Assembly (NCBI GenBank): GCA_964252035.1
Contig: OZ176205.1
From: Podarcis erhardii
Lineage: Eukaryota
Reading direction: 5' to 3' (one strand)
Length of the DNA: 64,000 nucleotides
Part shown: positions 23,553-36,329 of the stretch, one piece after another
Layout of the letters: every line of letters starts with the position of its first letter
Numbering within the stretch: position 1 is the stretch's first letter
Position numbers and translations under genes: made by a program
Notes under the pieces: model-generated
The model's input: the letters and a program-made list of their open reading frames with translations, nothing else
The model's database searches: none
What the model was told of the DNA's origin: nothing

Positions 23553-26067
23553 AAATGGTGGCACATGGAGGTAGAGTTTGGTATAATCAGCTGGCAATTA
23601 CTGATATCACTTTCATCTTAGAATTCATCTTTGAAAACTTTGAAATTCTTTGCCACGGCATCTTCCTTGTGGCAAGGAGTTCTATACCTCAGCTTTCCTC
23701 AAGCCAAGTACAGATATTTGCATTCCAAGTATTATGATTCAGCCTCCTAGTTTTAGGCACAATTTGCTGATCCAAAGGTTCTAAGTAGAGAAGACTTTTT
23801 CATTTATATATTTTTTCCCTTCCTACCCCCACATGCTTCTTAAACTATTTTTACCCATCTCCTGTAATTTCTTCTCCCATTCTCATTTCACATTCAATTT
23901 CTACCTTAATCTCAGTTTGACTGTGATTGCGGATGGCCCTGCACTATCTTTTGAAGGAGGCCAAGAAGTGTCTAAAGTGATCTTGGGGTAAGATAGTGAA
24001 GTGTACCAAAGAGGGCACAATCTGCACCTACACATTGCACTGGAACTTGAAATACAGATCCAGATTCAGTGCAGTTATTGCATCCAGCACATCTGCAGTA
24101 TGGACAAAGGCATTTTCACAGTTCACCAGACAGAAGGAAAGGTCTCAATAATGAACCAAACCCTCCGAGTGCCTTTCACTTCTCTTTGTGGATATAACAA
24201 CCTGAATGACTAACTCTGCTCCAGGGGCCTTGATTATTCCATTGAAGTTCAAGTTTCAGAAGCCAATTTTTCTCCTTCCATTTTTGGAAGTGCTTCTAAT
24301 TTAGGGATTTGGCTTTATTACAGCTCTTTCCCCCATTTATAATTATTGTTCCTGCCTAATCAAATCTCCTGTGGGGGGAAGCGGTGCTTTATTTAGAATA
24401 TAAAACGTTTCTCACACTGCAGCCTAAAATCTGCTGTCTTTTGCCAAATGTTTCCAAGGCAATTTCTGTAGTGCATTTCGAACAAATTTATAGTCTGGTG
24501 TGACGTGTAGGAAGAAAATGCATTGCATGCCTTTGGGTTTATCCATTTGGCAGCAAATGCTGAGCTCTGATGAGTATGATGCTGTCTCAGCTTCAGGGCG
24601 TACAGAAATACTTGAAAAATGTCTGTCTAAATCCACTTAGCATGGTTTGCTACATTATGGCCAGTTGTTTTTTTAAAAAAACTTTTTGGTATGCATGTCC
24701 AGGACTAGGGGCATAAAGATATTTTATCCATTTTTCAGATACTTTTTGTTTAGAAGAGATATTGAATCTTATTGAATTATATCATGGGCAATATTCTACT
24801 CCAGTGATTCTGAAATGTTTTATATTCAGGCACAATTTTATTTTTTTTACACTAAAAAATGTGTACATTCTTTCAAGCAGAGTTGTGCCACCACATTTTG
24901 AAGAAGTACACATTTTGGAAAGCACATTGCCATCTAAATAATTCCCCCTATTACCTAACTGCATCACTGATCTCAGTCAGCTCTTAGAACTACAGTATGG
25001 GGCAACCATTGCAACTGTGTGATAAACAAGTTATAATTGAGCCAGTTCGGATACAGTGATACTGGTTTCATATGAAGCTGGGAATGACTATTAGCCTTTC
25101 GAGTTCATTTCTCATGCCTTCCCTCTCTCTTTCCTCATATGCTGGTTTTAGCACTTTGATCTCAGTTAAAGCAAATCCATTTCCTAATAAATCCAACACT
25201 AGAAACTCTGCCCAATGGTGGATCTTGGGGTCTCAAATTTCAGCGGTGTCCTGTACAATGCTAAAACCCGGCGCCCCTCCACCTCTTGCAAAACTATTGT
25301 AAATCATATTTGTGGAGTCCCTGGCGTTGCCCCCAAGACTCAGTGCCCAGTGTGACTGCACCAGTCGTGCTCCCCTAAATCCTCTTCTGTGGCTAACCAG
25401 GATCTGAAACCAGGATTAAAATGTGGTTAGTAAACTGACAGTAAAGCTACAGTTTCTCATTTCAGGCATAACAGGGAAACTGTGGTTTGTTTTAACCAGT
25501 GTTGAAGCCCTGGAGCCAGTGCATGATGGGTAAAAGTGCATCGGCTCAGTGTCTCTTAGTGTTCTACCTTCCCCTTTGCCCAGTGAGTCAAAGCACGGGT
25601 GTTGGTATTGTGCTTTCTCCCCAATGCTGAGGCTTCTGCATCTCCTCTTGTGTGAGCCTGCTGTTGTGCAGGTAGCACTAGGGAGTCTGGTGCATTCCTA
25701 TTCACTTTGCTTGGATAATATCACTGTCCATACTGGCAGAGGGAATAGGGGCATCCATGGTACCAAGGGCTTAATGGCATGCTTCAGCCCCTCTTCTGGA
25801 ATGCTGCAGTCTACTGACTGCCAGCAGATCTTCATTGTCTCCATTAGCAGATCCATCCCTGCATGGCAGGGACTGAGCCTCAGGCCCATGAATGGCAACA
25901 CATTATTCTGTTACTTAACTGCCTCTCTGCTGGTTATTGGTGCTTAAATGATGCTCATCAATTACAGTGAAAATAACAATCCTTGTGGCAGTTTCTCCCA
26001 TGAGCTCCCATAAAAAAATGCCTCATCCTATCAGCTGTTGCTCTAAGGCAGAAGCTACAGCATAGCA

Positions 26068-26313
26068 CAGAGGTCAGCAAACTTTTTCAGCAGGGGGCCA
26101 GTCCACTGTCTCTCAGACCCTGTCGGGGGCCGGACTATATTGGGGGTGGGTGAACGAATTCATATGCCCCACAAATAACCCAGAGATGCATTTTAGATAA
26201 AAGGACACGTTCTACTCATCTAAAAACATGCTAATTCCTGGGCCATCCGCGGGCCAGATTTAGAAGGCGACTGGGCTGGATCTGGCCCCCGGGCCTTAGT
26301 TTGCCTACCCATG
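26068..26313 (+). mobile_element. hAT (Charlie-like) MITE
   Basis: Ends cagaggtcagcaaac / gtttgcctacccatg; TSD gcatagca/gtatagca; same family as 50371-50589 and the fragment at ~57643-57760. Confidence 0.8.
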
Positions 26314-26819
26314 GTATAGCACAACCAGTTGCTGCTGGAGGTTACCAGTGGAAGAAGGAAAGAGGAATAGGATTGGCTGGATTCTGTAAAAACAAAGGAA
26401 TAAAGTGATCTGATGTTTATAGTTCACTTAAACAGTATCTTCTCAGCCTTTGGTCCTGAAGATTTTTGGCAATTTGCGTTCTGTCCGCACAACAAATTTA
26501 GTGTGACTTTATTGTCACACATGTCAAAGCCTAATGTGGACAGTGTGAATTCTTTTTGGGTGTTTGGGAGAATCAACTGCATAACCTACTTTGTGTTTCT
26601 TTTCTTTTAAAGAAACGTCCATGCCTTCTTCACAGCTGAAGCATACTTATGCAAAACTGCATAAACCGAACAATGAGCCAAAACGGACGTGATGCGGGTG
26701 CTCATGTGAACAGGGTCTACCACATTAAAACAAACAAACAAATAAACAAGCAATCATAGCAGCAGTGTGCATCGCTGATTCAGACAAGACAGTGTGGCAG
26801 TGTGAAGGAAGCTGACCCT

Positions 26820-27264
26820 ATTGGGGTGTCGTGAACCCCTCCACATCATAGCAACAGCAACGACACCCCAATAGAGTCTTGTTTCTCCCATAGCCACAGC
26901 TTAGGATTCAACCAGCCATCAGACATCATGTTCTGACCTGTCTCCAGCTTATCGCCTTTACCAGACTGCAACCTTTTACCCCTCCAACTCAAACTCTAAA
27001 CCCTGGCTTTTGTTCTTCTAACCATCTCTCTCGCCTGAAGGAGGGGCCCTACCCAACTGCCTTCTGGCACAAAGCCCCCACTCATTCTGCCTTCCTAATG
27101 GCTCACTGCCTTCTTTTGGCTCATTGCCATTAGGTCTCTCACTCAAGGCGATTTCCTGGTCAGGAAACTGGCCTGGCTTATATTTAAACATTTGTCTTGA
27201 TTAGATTCTGACACCTACTGGAGCCAGGGAATTTAGGGTGTATAGCACCCACAAACTCATAACA
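26820..27264 (-). mobile_element. LTR-like repeat, partial copy with small inverted segment
   Basis: Homologous to ~550-1093; ends caaactcataaca like the first copy. Confidence 0.6.
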
Positions 27265-28589
27265 GTTAAATGTGGTTTCCCATGTGCTTTGCTTAGCTGA
27301 GCTAATAGCAACTCAGAAAATAGTGTGCAGGTGAAGGGGTTAACACATTACCCCCATGCTGGTGGGGTCGCATGGTTGCTATTATTTATTTATTCCCCAG
27401 CCCACACGTCCTTCTAAGCCACACCCACTTTCTCTAGGCCACATGTGTCCCCAACCCTGAAGTATGATGACATCCTTGAAAATCTGATAACGCCTCTTGC
27501 TTGACTGCATGGAGGATAGAGAGGAGTACATGAATGAATGTGTAGAAACTATCCTACTGTACAAATATAAAATTTATATTCATTTCTCTATCCACAGTTG
27601 TCTCTGGTTCACCTCAGAATGAAAAACATTTCCCATTCCCAAAACAGAGGATGCTTTCAATTAGAGGTTTGTTCTCTTACTGCTCTTGAAGTGGAGGATT
27701 GTTGTCTGTGAAGTGCAACAAACATGGCCACCGAAATGCATGGAACAGACTGCAAAATGTGAACAGCTAGATCAGCTTGTTTAGTTATAGATAGAAAGAA
27801 CCTTTATCTGCTCTGGATATGGAAAGCTGCAAGTGTGGGAAGAAATGCTCCACAGAGCATTGACACGAAACAGTTAAGTATATATAGAAAGCAGAGTTTT
27901 GTGAGGCCTAGCCATAGAGCTCTTGTATTTATTAGATTTGCCTTTGGGTTTTCTTTAGCACTTTAATAGCAGAGCAAATGCAGCTGGCCCTGGGAGATTA
28001 GATAGCTATTGTTTATTATTTCATTCATTGTTCAGTATGTGCTCTTTTCTGTAAATCCTCCAATTCCTTTGGCATTTCTCTTTGTCCCGAGGTTAAAAGT
28101 GCAGCAAATCTTTATACAAACTGCAGCAGATCTGCATTGCAAGTGTTTGTCAAGCATGAGGGTTGCAATCCTCAACACACTAAGAAGGGCAGGGCTCATA
28201 CTGAATACCACATACTTTAAAAAAAGAAAAGTTTTACATTAATAAGCCTAAAATACAGTAAAATTCATTGAATCCAATTGATCTGTACAGGACATTAACA
28301 TCTTTGGATAAAACAGGAGTGTGTGGGTGGCGGGTAAAATAGTCAGGAGGCACAAAACATGTTAATAATTAGGAGCTTTGGAAAACCAACGGTTTGGTTC
28401 AGACAACCACATAAGCATTGCAACTGCCTTGCTGGAGGAAACCAAAGTCCACCTTGCCTGGCTTTGCAATTCCAACCAGCAAAATGCTTCTGGAAGCTCA
28501 CAAAGCATCAAGGCATGAGGTCACGAGGGAGAGGGAGAGAGAGAAAGTGCTGTGGGATATAGTGGATCTGAATACAGTGCCCAAACATA

Positions 28590-28928
28590 CAGTGGTGCCC
28601 CGCAAGATGAATGCCTCGCAAGACGAAAAACCCGCTAGACGAAAGGGTTTTCCGTTTTGGAGGTACTTCGCAAGACGAATTTCCCTATGGGCTTGCTTCG
28701 CAAGATGAAAACGTCTTGCGAGTTTTTCCGACTTTTTTCCCCTCCCCCCCCTTTTTCTAAGTCGCTAAGCCGCTAATAGCCGCTAAGCCGCTTAGCCGCT
28801 AATAGCTGCTAAGCCGCTAATAGCGCTAATTCCGCTAAGCCGCTAATAGGGTTGCTTCGCAAGACGAAAAGACCGCTAGACGAAGAGACTCGCGGAACGG
28901 ATTATTTTCGTCTTGCGAGGCACCACTG
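28590..28928. mobile_element. Tc1/mariner-type MITE with internal minisatellite
   Basis: TIR cagtggtgcc(c/t)cgcaagat/cg, TA flanks, internal (taagccgc/taatagccgc)n repeats at ~28760-28850. Confidence 0.8.
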
Positions 28929-28930
28929 TA

Positions 28931-29400
28931 CCGTATTTTTCGCCATATAGGATGCACCGTCCCATAAGGCGCACCTAGTTTTTTTGGGGGGAAATAAAGG
29001 GGGGGGAATTATTTTTCCCCTAGGCGCGGGGCTGGGGCGGGGGAAGCCCGAGCTTCCCCCGACCCCAGCTCCCAGAACAGACAACTCTCCGCAAGCCGCG
29101 GGAGCCCAGCGCCAGGCTCCTGCGCCTTGTGGAGAGCCGCGCGAAGTCTGGGCGCGCTGAGCTCAGCGCGCCCAGCCTTCGGCATACAGGCAACTCTCTG
29201 CAAGCCATGGGAGCCGGCGCGGGCTCCCACGGCTTGCGGAGATCTGCACGAAGCCTGGAGAGTGAGAGGGGTCAGTGCGCACCGACCCCTCTCACTCTCC
29301 AGGCTTCAGCGAAAGCCTGCATTTGCCCCATAGGACGCACACACATTTCCCCTTCATTTTTGGAGGGGAAAAAGTACATCCTATAGGGCGAAAAATACGG
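28931..29400. mobile_element. Tc1/mariner-type non-autonomous element, CpG-rich
   Basis: TIR ccgtatttttcgcc.tatagga at both ends, TA flanks. Confidence 0.8.
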
Positions 29401-31881
29401 TAATTCATCTGGGCCTGGAGCAACTCTGTAAATACAAGACCCCATCCCCAAATCCTTTGTCTGCCCTTGAGCATCTTTGGGTCCTTATTTTTTGTTAAAG
29501 CTTCTTACATCTTTGGCAAATAAAGTCAAATGACATTTAGCTGCTCTTCCCTTGCCCCTGGACCAAGGGTCGATTCTCCTATAAACTCAGGAAACTACAG
29601 GCCCCAACTCACACATATTCAGGGGAGCTGTAAATGTTATCTCAGTGCCCCTAAATTACTGATGGTGCTGCCTACTGCTGTGTTCTGATGTGGCCTCTAT
29701 CTGCCCATGCACAGAAAAGACCAGCAGGAACTAAGGAAGTCTGGGACTTGTAGTTCTTGGAGAGTGTGTTGCACATAGAGAGACACAATGACTGTGTAGA
29801 GCTTGATGGGTTAATTGCTCACTCTTCAGAATATTGCTTTATTTTGTTACGAGAATGGGCAAAATGTGATGGGGGTGCTGAGGATCATTTGGATGGACTT
29901 GAACTGCAAATTGAACATGGGCTGAACTAGTTTGTTTTGTAAAGGGACGAATCTGAACTGGAATTAGTTCATTTTTGGATACCTTGAACTTGAACTAGAG
30001 CTTGTTCCTTTTTGAAATGAGCTCTGTAAGCTCTGGTGATGCCTATCTGTTGGTGCTCCCCTTAGATTCATGCATCTACTACCTCTTTCATTTCATTTCA
30101 TTTTACTTTACTTGCCTCTTTGCGAACAACTGAGTCAGCAGTACCCCATATACGCACTTGATGAACTTCAAGCATGTCTATAAATGTTTTGCTGGATCAA
30201 GGCCCAAATGCTTTAATGATTGAGGTAAAGGTAGACTTTGCAACATGCCTGGAAGGTTTAACTTTTCTGAACTTGGATGAAGCAAAAGAGTAAGAGAATT
30301 GCAGGGCTTAGTGTGGGGTTTCACTACATAGTAATTTATTTTCAAAATTTGTTTTAATTAACAGGCTTAAGGGAAGTGATGTTTAAAGGCTGTGATTTTG
30401 ACATCATCGTACACCCCTGGTGGGGCAGGCGAGCTGAACAGATATATAGATTTGGTTAGGAAGCGTTGGTTAGGACTTCCTTAAGTCCTCCCAGTGAGAA
30501 AGATGAATGTGAACTACTAGAAATTGTTAAATGCAAATGGAAGGGGAGATGAGAAAACAGGAAGAATTATAGGGAATGAATTGTGCTCACTTCCTAGGAC
30601 TTCCCAGCTCAATTTTCTTTATGTTATAGGAATATCAGAAGTTGCCTTATTTCAAGTCAGACCAGTGGTCTAATGTAGGTCTAGTTGTAATCCTTGGTGG
30701 CTTCCAAAATATTGCTAACAGAGCTGTCATTTTTCTTGCTTGAATGCTTGTTCAGCATTTCCAGTAATAAAGGAACCATGTACTTGGAGTAATCTTGAAA
30801 CTGCTTTATGTCATGCCTGCCTTGAGCTTCCTCCAGCCCTCAAGTCTGTTTAAAAATTGTGATCTCAGCAGTGTGGGCTGTAACGATGTTTTTGACACGT
30901 TGCTGACCATATGACATCAGCCTGTGGGCAAATGTGTGTGTAACATATTTAGCATGTAAGCAGGCTAGAACAAGTGGTTTTGATGCCAAGAAGCCATAAT
31001 TTCCTTAGTTTTCTCTTTTTGCATAACAGGCAGAAAGATTTTTGCTTGGGTAATGGACAAAAGAGGCAAATCTCAAGGCATGAAGCAGAGCATAATACAT
31101 TTTCTGTAAGTGGAAGCATGTTTCTTAAAGCTCAGCAGCTCAAGCAACCAGGTTGTATAAGGAAAATCAAACATTATTCACATGTAAATGGTGGTCAATT
31201 CCAGAGCAGGCATTTCAATCAGGATCAGTACTTATCGTTATTTTCCCCCAACACCAGATATAATGTAATTCAAATCCTGTAACCCTCCCGTTTGTTTCCC
31301 ATAAGAAAATCTTTAAACTTTATTAGTGAGTAAACCCAACTACTGTAGTGTGATGTCTGCCAATGTGGTTGTCCTAGCCATGCCACTATTTTTGTGTTTT
31401 AAGGCTTGATGTTTTTGTTGTTTGCAGGGAGGGTGTGCTCTCATGCCACTTTCCCTGAGTTCTGGTGGCCCTGCAGCTGATTCAGATGCAATTTGCAGTC
31501 TTTAAAATCATATGAAAGAAGGATTGATTTGAGCAAGAGAGATTTTATCTGCTTTAATCTGTTAAATGGAGTTGATTTATTAACAGCGCTATCTGCCCTG
31601 TCCTGTAGAACAGGGACAAGGAGCTTTTGGTTCTTCAGATGTTGCTGGACTCAGCTAGCATAGTCAGTGGTCAGGAATGATGAGACAACATCTGTAGGGA
31701 CACAGGTTCCCCACCCCAGCTGTAGAACCTTCCCAGACAGAGAGACAATGGACAGTGCCCATCTGGTGCTGTACATAAACTGGGGCTATTTTTATTTGCT
31801 TATTTATATAGCATCATGTATGTACATGAACCTTAGAAAATAATGAGAGGAAGAAGACAGATCCTAACCCCAAGGAGTTTA

Positions 31882-32054
31882 CAATCTAAGAATAGACACA
31901 AGGGAAGCAACAGTTGGAGGGAGGGGAATGGAAGTAGGTGTAAACAGACGAAGAATATGTGACTGCAATGAAAATAATCACACATTCTTCCCCTGTTTAC
32001 ACCTACTTCCATTCCCCTCTGACTGCTGCTTCCCTTGTGTCTCTGTTCAGATTG
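31882..32054. repeat. Long imperfect inverted repeat (~80-bp arms, ~15-nt loop)
   Basis: caatct...gacacaagggaagca.cagt...gaggggaatggaagtaggtgtaaacag..gaagaat.tgtga is matched by its reverse complement at 31978-32054. Confidence 0.9.
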
Positions 32055-32171
32055 CCAACGACTTCTTGGGGAAATGTAGTCTGATAATCTAGACTGATGA
32101 TTAAAGACAAAATGATTTCAGAGATAGCCTTGAGTCAGTACTAGCTTCTGAAGGGTGGGACACATACACAC

Positions 32172-32658
32172 TTTTTCTTCTTCTTCTTCGGCAATTACTC
32201 GTAGGCGAGTAAGATTGTCTTCCATAAGCATGGTTTTAACAGTGAGCCCATAAGTGACGGTGGAGTCCAATTCTGGAACCACATGTCCTTCCATGTGCCT
32301 TCCTCTTAGCACGTTTCTCCCTTGCGTCCTGGGTTCGAGTGTCTCCAAAGCCTATGACACCTTTGGTAAAGGCTATTCTCCAGTTGGAGCACTCGCAGGC
32401 CAGTGTTTCTCAGTTGTTGGTGTTTATACTACATTTTTTAAAATTTGCCTTGAGACAGTCTTTAAACCTCTTTTGTTGACCACCAGCATTACGCTTTCCA
32501 TTTTTAAGTTTGGAATAGAGCAGTTGCTTTGGAAGACGGTAATCAGGCATCCGCACAACATGACCAGTCCAACGAAGTTGATGTTGAAGAATCATTGCTT
32601 CAACACTGGTGATCTTTGCTTCTTCCAGTACACTGATATTAGTTCGCCTGTCTTCCCA
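32172..32658 (-). mobile_element. RTE-clade LINE 3' fragment
   Basis: LRWTGHVVRMPDYRLPKQLLYSKLKNGKRNAGGQQKRFKDCLK is a typical RTE RT C-terminus; (GAA)n tail. Confidence 0.85.
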
Positions 32659-34189
32659 AGTGATCCCTCCTCACCAGAGAGTTCCATTTTTCAATAGGTA
32701 GGCAGTCAACATTGTGCAGCATTGGACTGGAGAATGTTTCTTTCTTTGAGATGCACACAAAAAGGCTGCACTATACAACTGAAGAAGAGAAAGATTGAGT
32801 TCACACAGACAGCAAACTGGAAGATAATACAGTATGCACAACAGAAGTGCTTTCATAGTTAAATAGACCAGAACCTTTGCCTGAGGGGGTAGGAAGGTAG
32901 GAATTAACTGTTCCTCCTTGGTTGACTAGTGTGGCATCCTGGATACAATGGATTTGTTCAGTGCTTGAGGTCATTCTTCTATCTATGAACTATCTTACAG
33001 TTTTAGAAGCTGTTTCCTTACTGAGATTGCTCCCAACCCTGTGCCACACGAAGGTTTTATATTAAAATATAATACTAAATAATTAGACATTTTCAAATGT
33101 GCAAGTCCACCATTATGTTCCAGCTTTTTACGGGTCATGGAGGTTAAGAAAATTAAGTGGAGGATGTTTCCTAAATGAATTGGCAGCTCCTTTGTCCAGT
33201 CCACCAACTTCTGGGTGGCTGGGTGGGAACAATTAGGTTTTTCAGATCATGGCACAATTTAAAATAGAAATTGCTTGCAGGTGGTTCTTTGCCATACACT
33301 GACAGTAATTAAATGGTGTGGTCTGTGTTTTATGGCCCTACAGCTTAGGTGCCAGTTCTTGTAAACAAACAAACAAAAATTCCCCCAATAGACCTAGATG
33401 TTAAGAACTCCTTCCTCAAAGTAAATTCCAAATAATGTGTCTTTTAATGATCCTCAGAGACAAGGCACAGAGAGAGAGAAAAAAGTGAAAAGTGATAATG
33501 AACTAAGAGTTTCTCACAGTGCTTTCAAATGGTTAGGAGGGTGGTACAAATAAGTAACAAGAATTAGTTATTGAAAAACAACCTTTTGATAGCATTGTAT
33601 TTTGGCAATACATTCATTTGTTAGGTGTTACTTCTTAGCAGTACCTATGGAAAAATGAGCAGTGTTTGTTATGTTCTGGGATTATGTTCTGGATGCTTTT
33701 AATTTATTGTCATAAAATGTTGGATTGTTTTTAAAAAAGAATATTATTTCTTAAAAAATGAACAAAGTCAATATTTTCTCATCCATCTACTTTTTTGTTG
33801 GGCTGGTTCCAGGATTTGCTCCACCTAACAAAAGCTGAACTGAAGAAAATGGGAGCTGAGGATCAAATCCTTTCTAATATCTTGCTCCTTAAGGAAACAG
33901 AAAGAAAAGATGGTAAGAAGTAGGTTCTATCTAAAATTAATTTGTCAGTCTTATTGGTGAATTTAAAATGAACAGTTCGTTACTGGCTGCCAATTCATTT
34001 CCGTGGTCAGTTCAAGGTACTCACATTTGAACACTAAATGACTCAGGCCCCAAATGTCTGAAAGATCATCTCCTTCCTTACAGACACTCTGGAAAGTTAA
34101 GATTGGCAGATTGGGGCCTTCTTGGTAGTTCGTCCACCTTCAGAGGTTCAGGTAGGTAGTTGTGTTGGTCTGACGCAGTTGAAATTAAA

Positions 34190-34315
34190 AAATTAAAAAA
34201 TTATCCAGTAGCACCTTAGAGACCAACAAAGTATCTGAAAAGTGTGCATGAACACAAAAGCTTATATCCAGAACAAACTTAGTTGGTCTCTAAGGTGCTA
34301 CTGGACAATTTTTAA
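34190..34315. mobile_element. Penelope-like terminal repeat in inverted arrangement
   Basis: 23-bp arms ccagtagcaccttagagaccaac (34205-34227) and gttggtctctaaggtgctactgg (34282-34304). Confidence 0.55.
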
Positions 34316-34746
34316 ATTTATTTCACCTTCAGAGATGTGTTTTAATGTTGTAACCTTCCCTGAAGAAGAACCAGGATAGATTCCCCAAGGGTAAATCCAG
34401 TTTCTCAGATAATCCAGTCGTTTTATGGTATATTAACTGTACAATTGTTTATCTTTATTTCTTGTAGTTTACTTAGTCCACAATCTGAAGTTCCAACGAT
34501 CAGCCCATCAGGGAGCATTTCAGAAGTGCTGCACACCTGCCTTCTGAAGCGCCAATGATCAGCTGATTGTTGCAAGTTTAAAGCACAGAACAATGCTCTT
34601 ATGTTCTTAAGGTAAACAGTTAAGATTAAATCACTTTTAATCATCTCTTGTGCTTTTAAAGTAAGTGTCTGACAGCCGATAGTGGGGAAGAGAGGCATTT
34701 GTAATGCACATGAACATTCTGATGTATAGCTTTCATATACGATTTA

Positions 34747-35261
34747 CAGGGGCGCCGACTTATAAAAAATATTGGGGGGGCGGGGGCCCATACAGACTTA
34801 TAAAAAATATTGGGGGGGCCCAAGACCTCCAAACCGCTGCTGCTGGGGGAACGAAAGGGGCGAGCCCCGGGCTGCCCCGACCTTAAGTGAACCTGTGAGG
34901 GCCCGCCCTTTGCGGCAGCCGATTGGCTGCCGCCGTGGGCGGTGAATATTAATGAGCTAGGGGGAATCCCCGCTTCTCACGGGGCTGACGCCAGCCCCGC
35001 GAGATTGTTGATGGGTCGAGAGCCCGCAACCCCACCCCCTCTCTAGATCGGGAGTGGCTTTGTTTTAACTCATTACTGAATGTATTTTAAAAGGTAACTA
35101 TCGTCAAACAAGGAAAATAAAAAATACCAACATAATTTTGTGATTTTACAAAGCATAATATAACTAATAATTTTCTTAAATTATTGGGGGGGCAGAGCCC
35201 CCCCAAACGAATTTTTGAGGGGGCTCGGGCCCCCTCAGGCCCCATGGAGTCGGCGCCTATG
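34747..35261. mobile_element. hAT non-autonomous element
   Basis: TIR ca(g/t)(g/a)ggcgccgact; perfect 8-bp TSD acgattta at 34739-34746 and 35262-35269. Confidence 0.85.
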
Positions 35262-35779
35262 ACGATTTACACACTTTATTTTGCATCCTGTTGGAAAGAT
35301 GATTGTGATTCTGAAAGACACAGCAAATTCATCTCCTAATAGTGTTTTGATTGTGCAAACTGTGGATTAACAGTCCTTACCAGCAGCAAATCAGCCTTCT
35401 TTTTGCATTACTTCGTCCCTGCCTCTATTTTACTGAAAGGGGCGATTGAAGCTGAGCAGAGGAAAGCACAGAAAAGAGACTTATCATGCAAGAACTGTCC
35501 TGAACAAATGTGAATGTTGACATCCTCTGCAGATTCAGTGCCAGCTTAGGATCAACAAACTCAAGAGCTTTCCTCAGGAATGCAGAGGAGAACTTTTAAA
35601 AAACAAAACACATAATCACAGAGGAGTCCTGGGCGATAAGAGAAATATGAGAAAATGAATGCCTCTCTGCAATTAAAGCCATTATCAAAAGGGATAGTGT
35701 GTGCTTTGTAGGCACTATTTATCCATCAAATTCTTTTTCCATCGATCTGTGATTTCATATATTTTTTCCTTGAAAACTT

Positions 35780-35783
<4 letters not shown>

Positions 35784-35820
<37 letters not shown>
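35784..35820. repeat. (TA)n microsatellite
   Basis: Visible dinucleotide run. Confidence 0.95.
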
Positions 35821-35823
<3 letters not shown>

Positions 35824-36329
35824 TGGGCCGTCCTGGTGAATTTTTTTATTCCCCCCCCTTTCAGTAATGTGCTGCCATGCTGCTTCTGAAACTCTTCTTC
35901 AGAAGCAATTTGCCTTGTATTTTAGTCTTACTAAAACTTTGCTTTGATCAAGTGGTGAGGGTTGGCAGTGTGTGTGGCCTAGATGGCACCATTCGGAGTG
36001 TGGGCAGTTGCAGGAAGTGTGGCAGTGTGAATTATGTTGGCTTGTTACAGGATAAGGGGGTTAGACATCTGAGAGCTCTACCTCCTTCCAATCAGCTTCG
36101 GCCTTGTATACCTGAAGGAGCATCTCCACCCCCATCATCCAGCCCCGACACTGAGATCCAGCTCTGAGTGCCTTCTGGAGGAGTTTTTAGTGTGTGGTAT
36201 TCTGTTTTTACTATTTTTTGTTGGGAGCTGCCCAGCGTGGCTGGGGCAACCCAGTCAGATGGGCATATAAATCAATTATCATCATCATCATTTTCCCAAC
36301 AACATGTCAGTGGGTGCCAAGTGGGCTTT

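Noticed and set aside
28760-28850. Short tandem repeats superficially like a CRISPR array
   Set aside because: No unique spacers, no cas genes, vertebrate DNA; this is a minisatellite inside a MITE.
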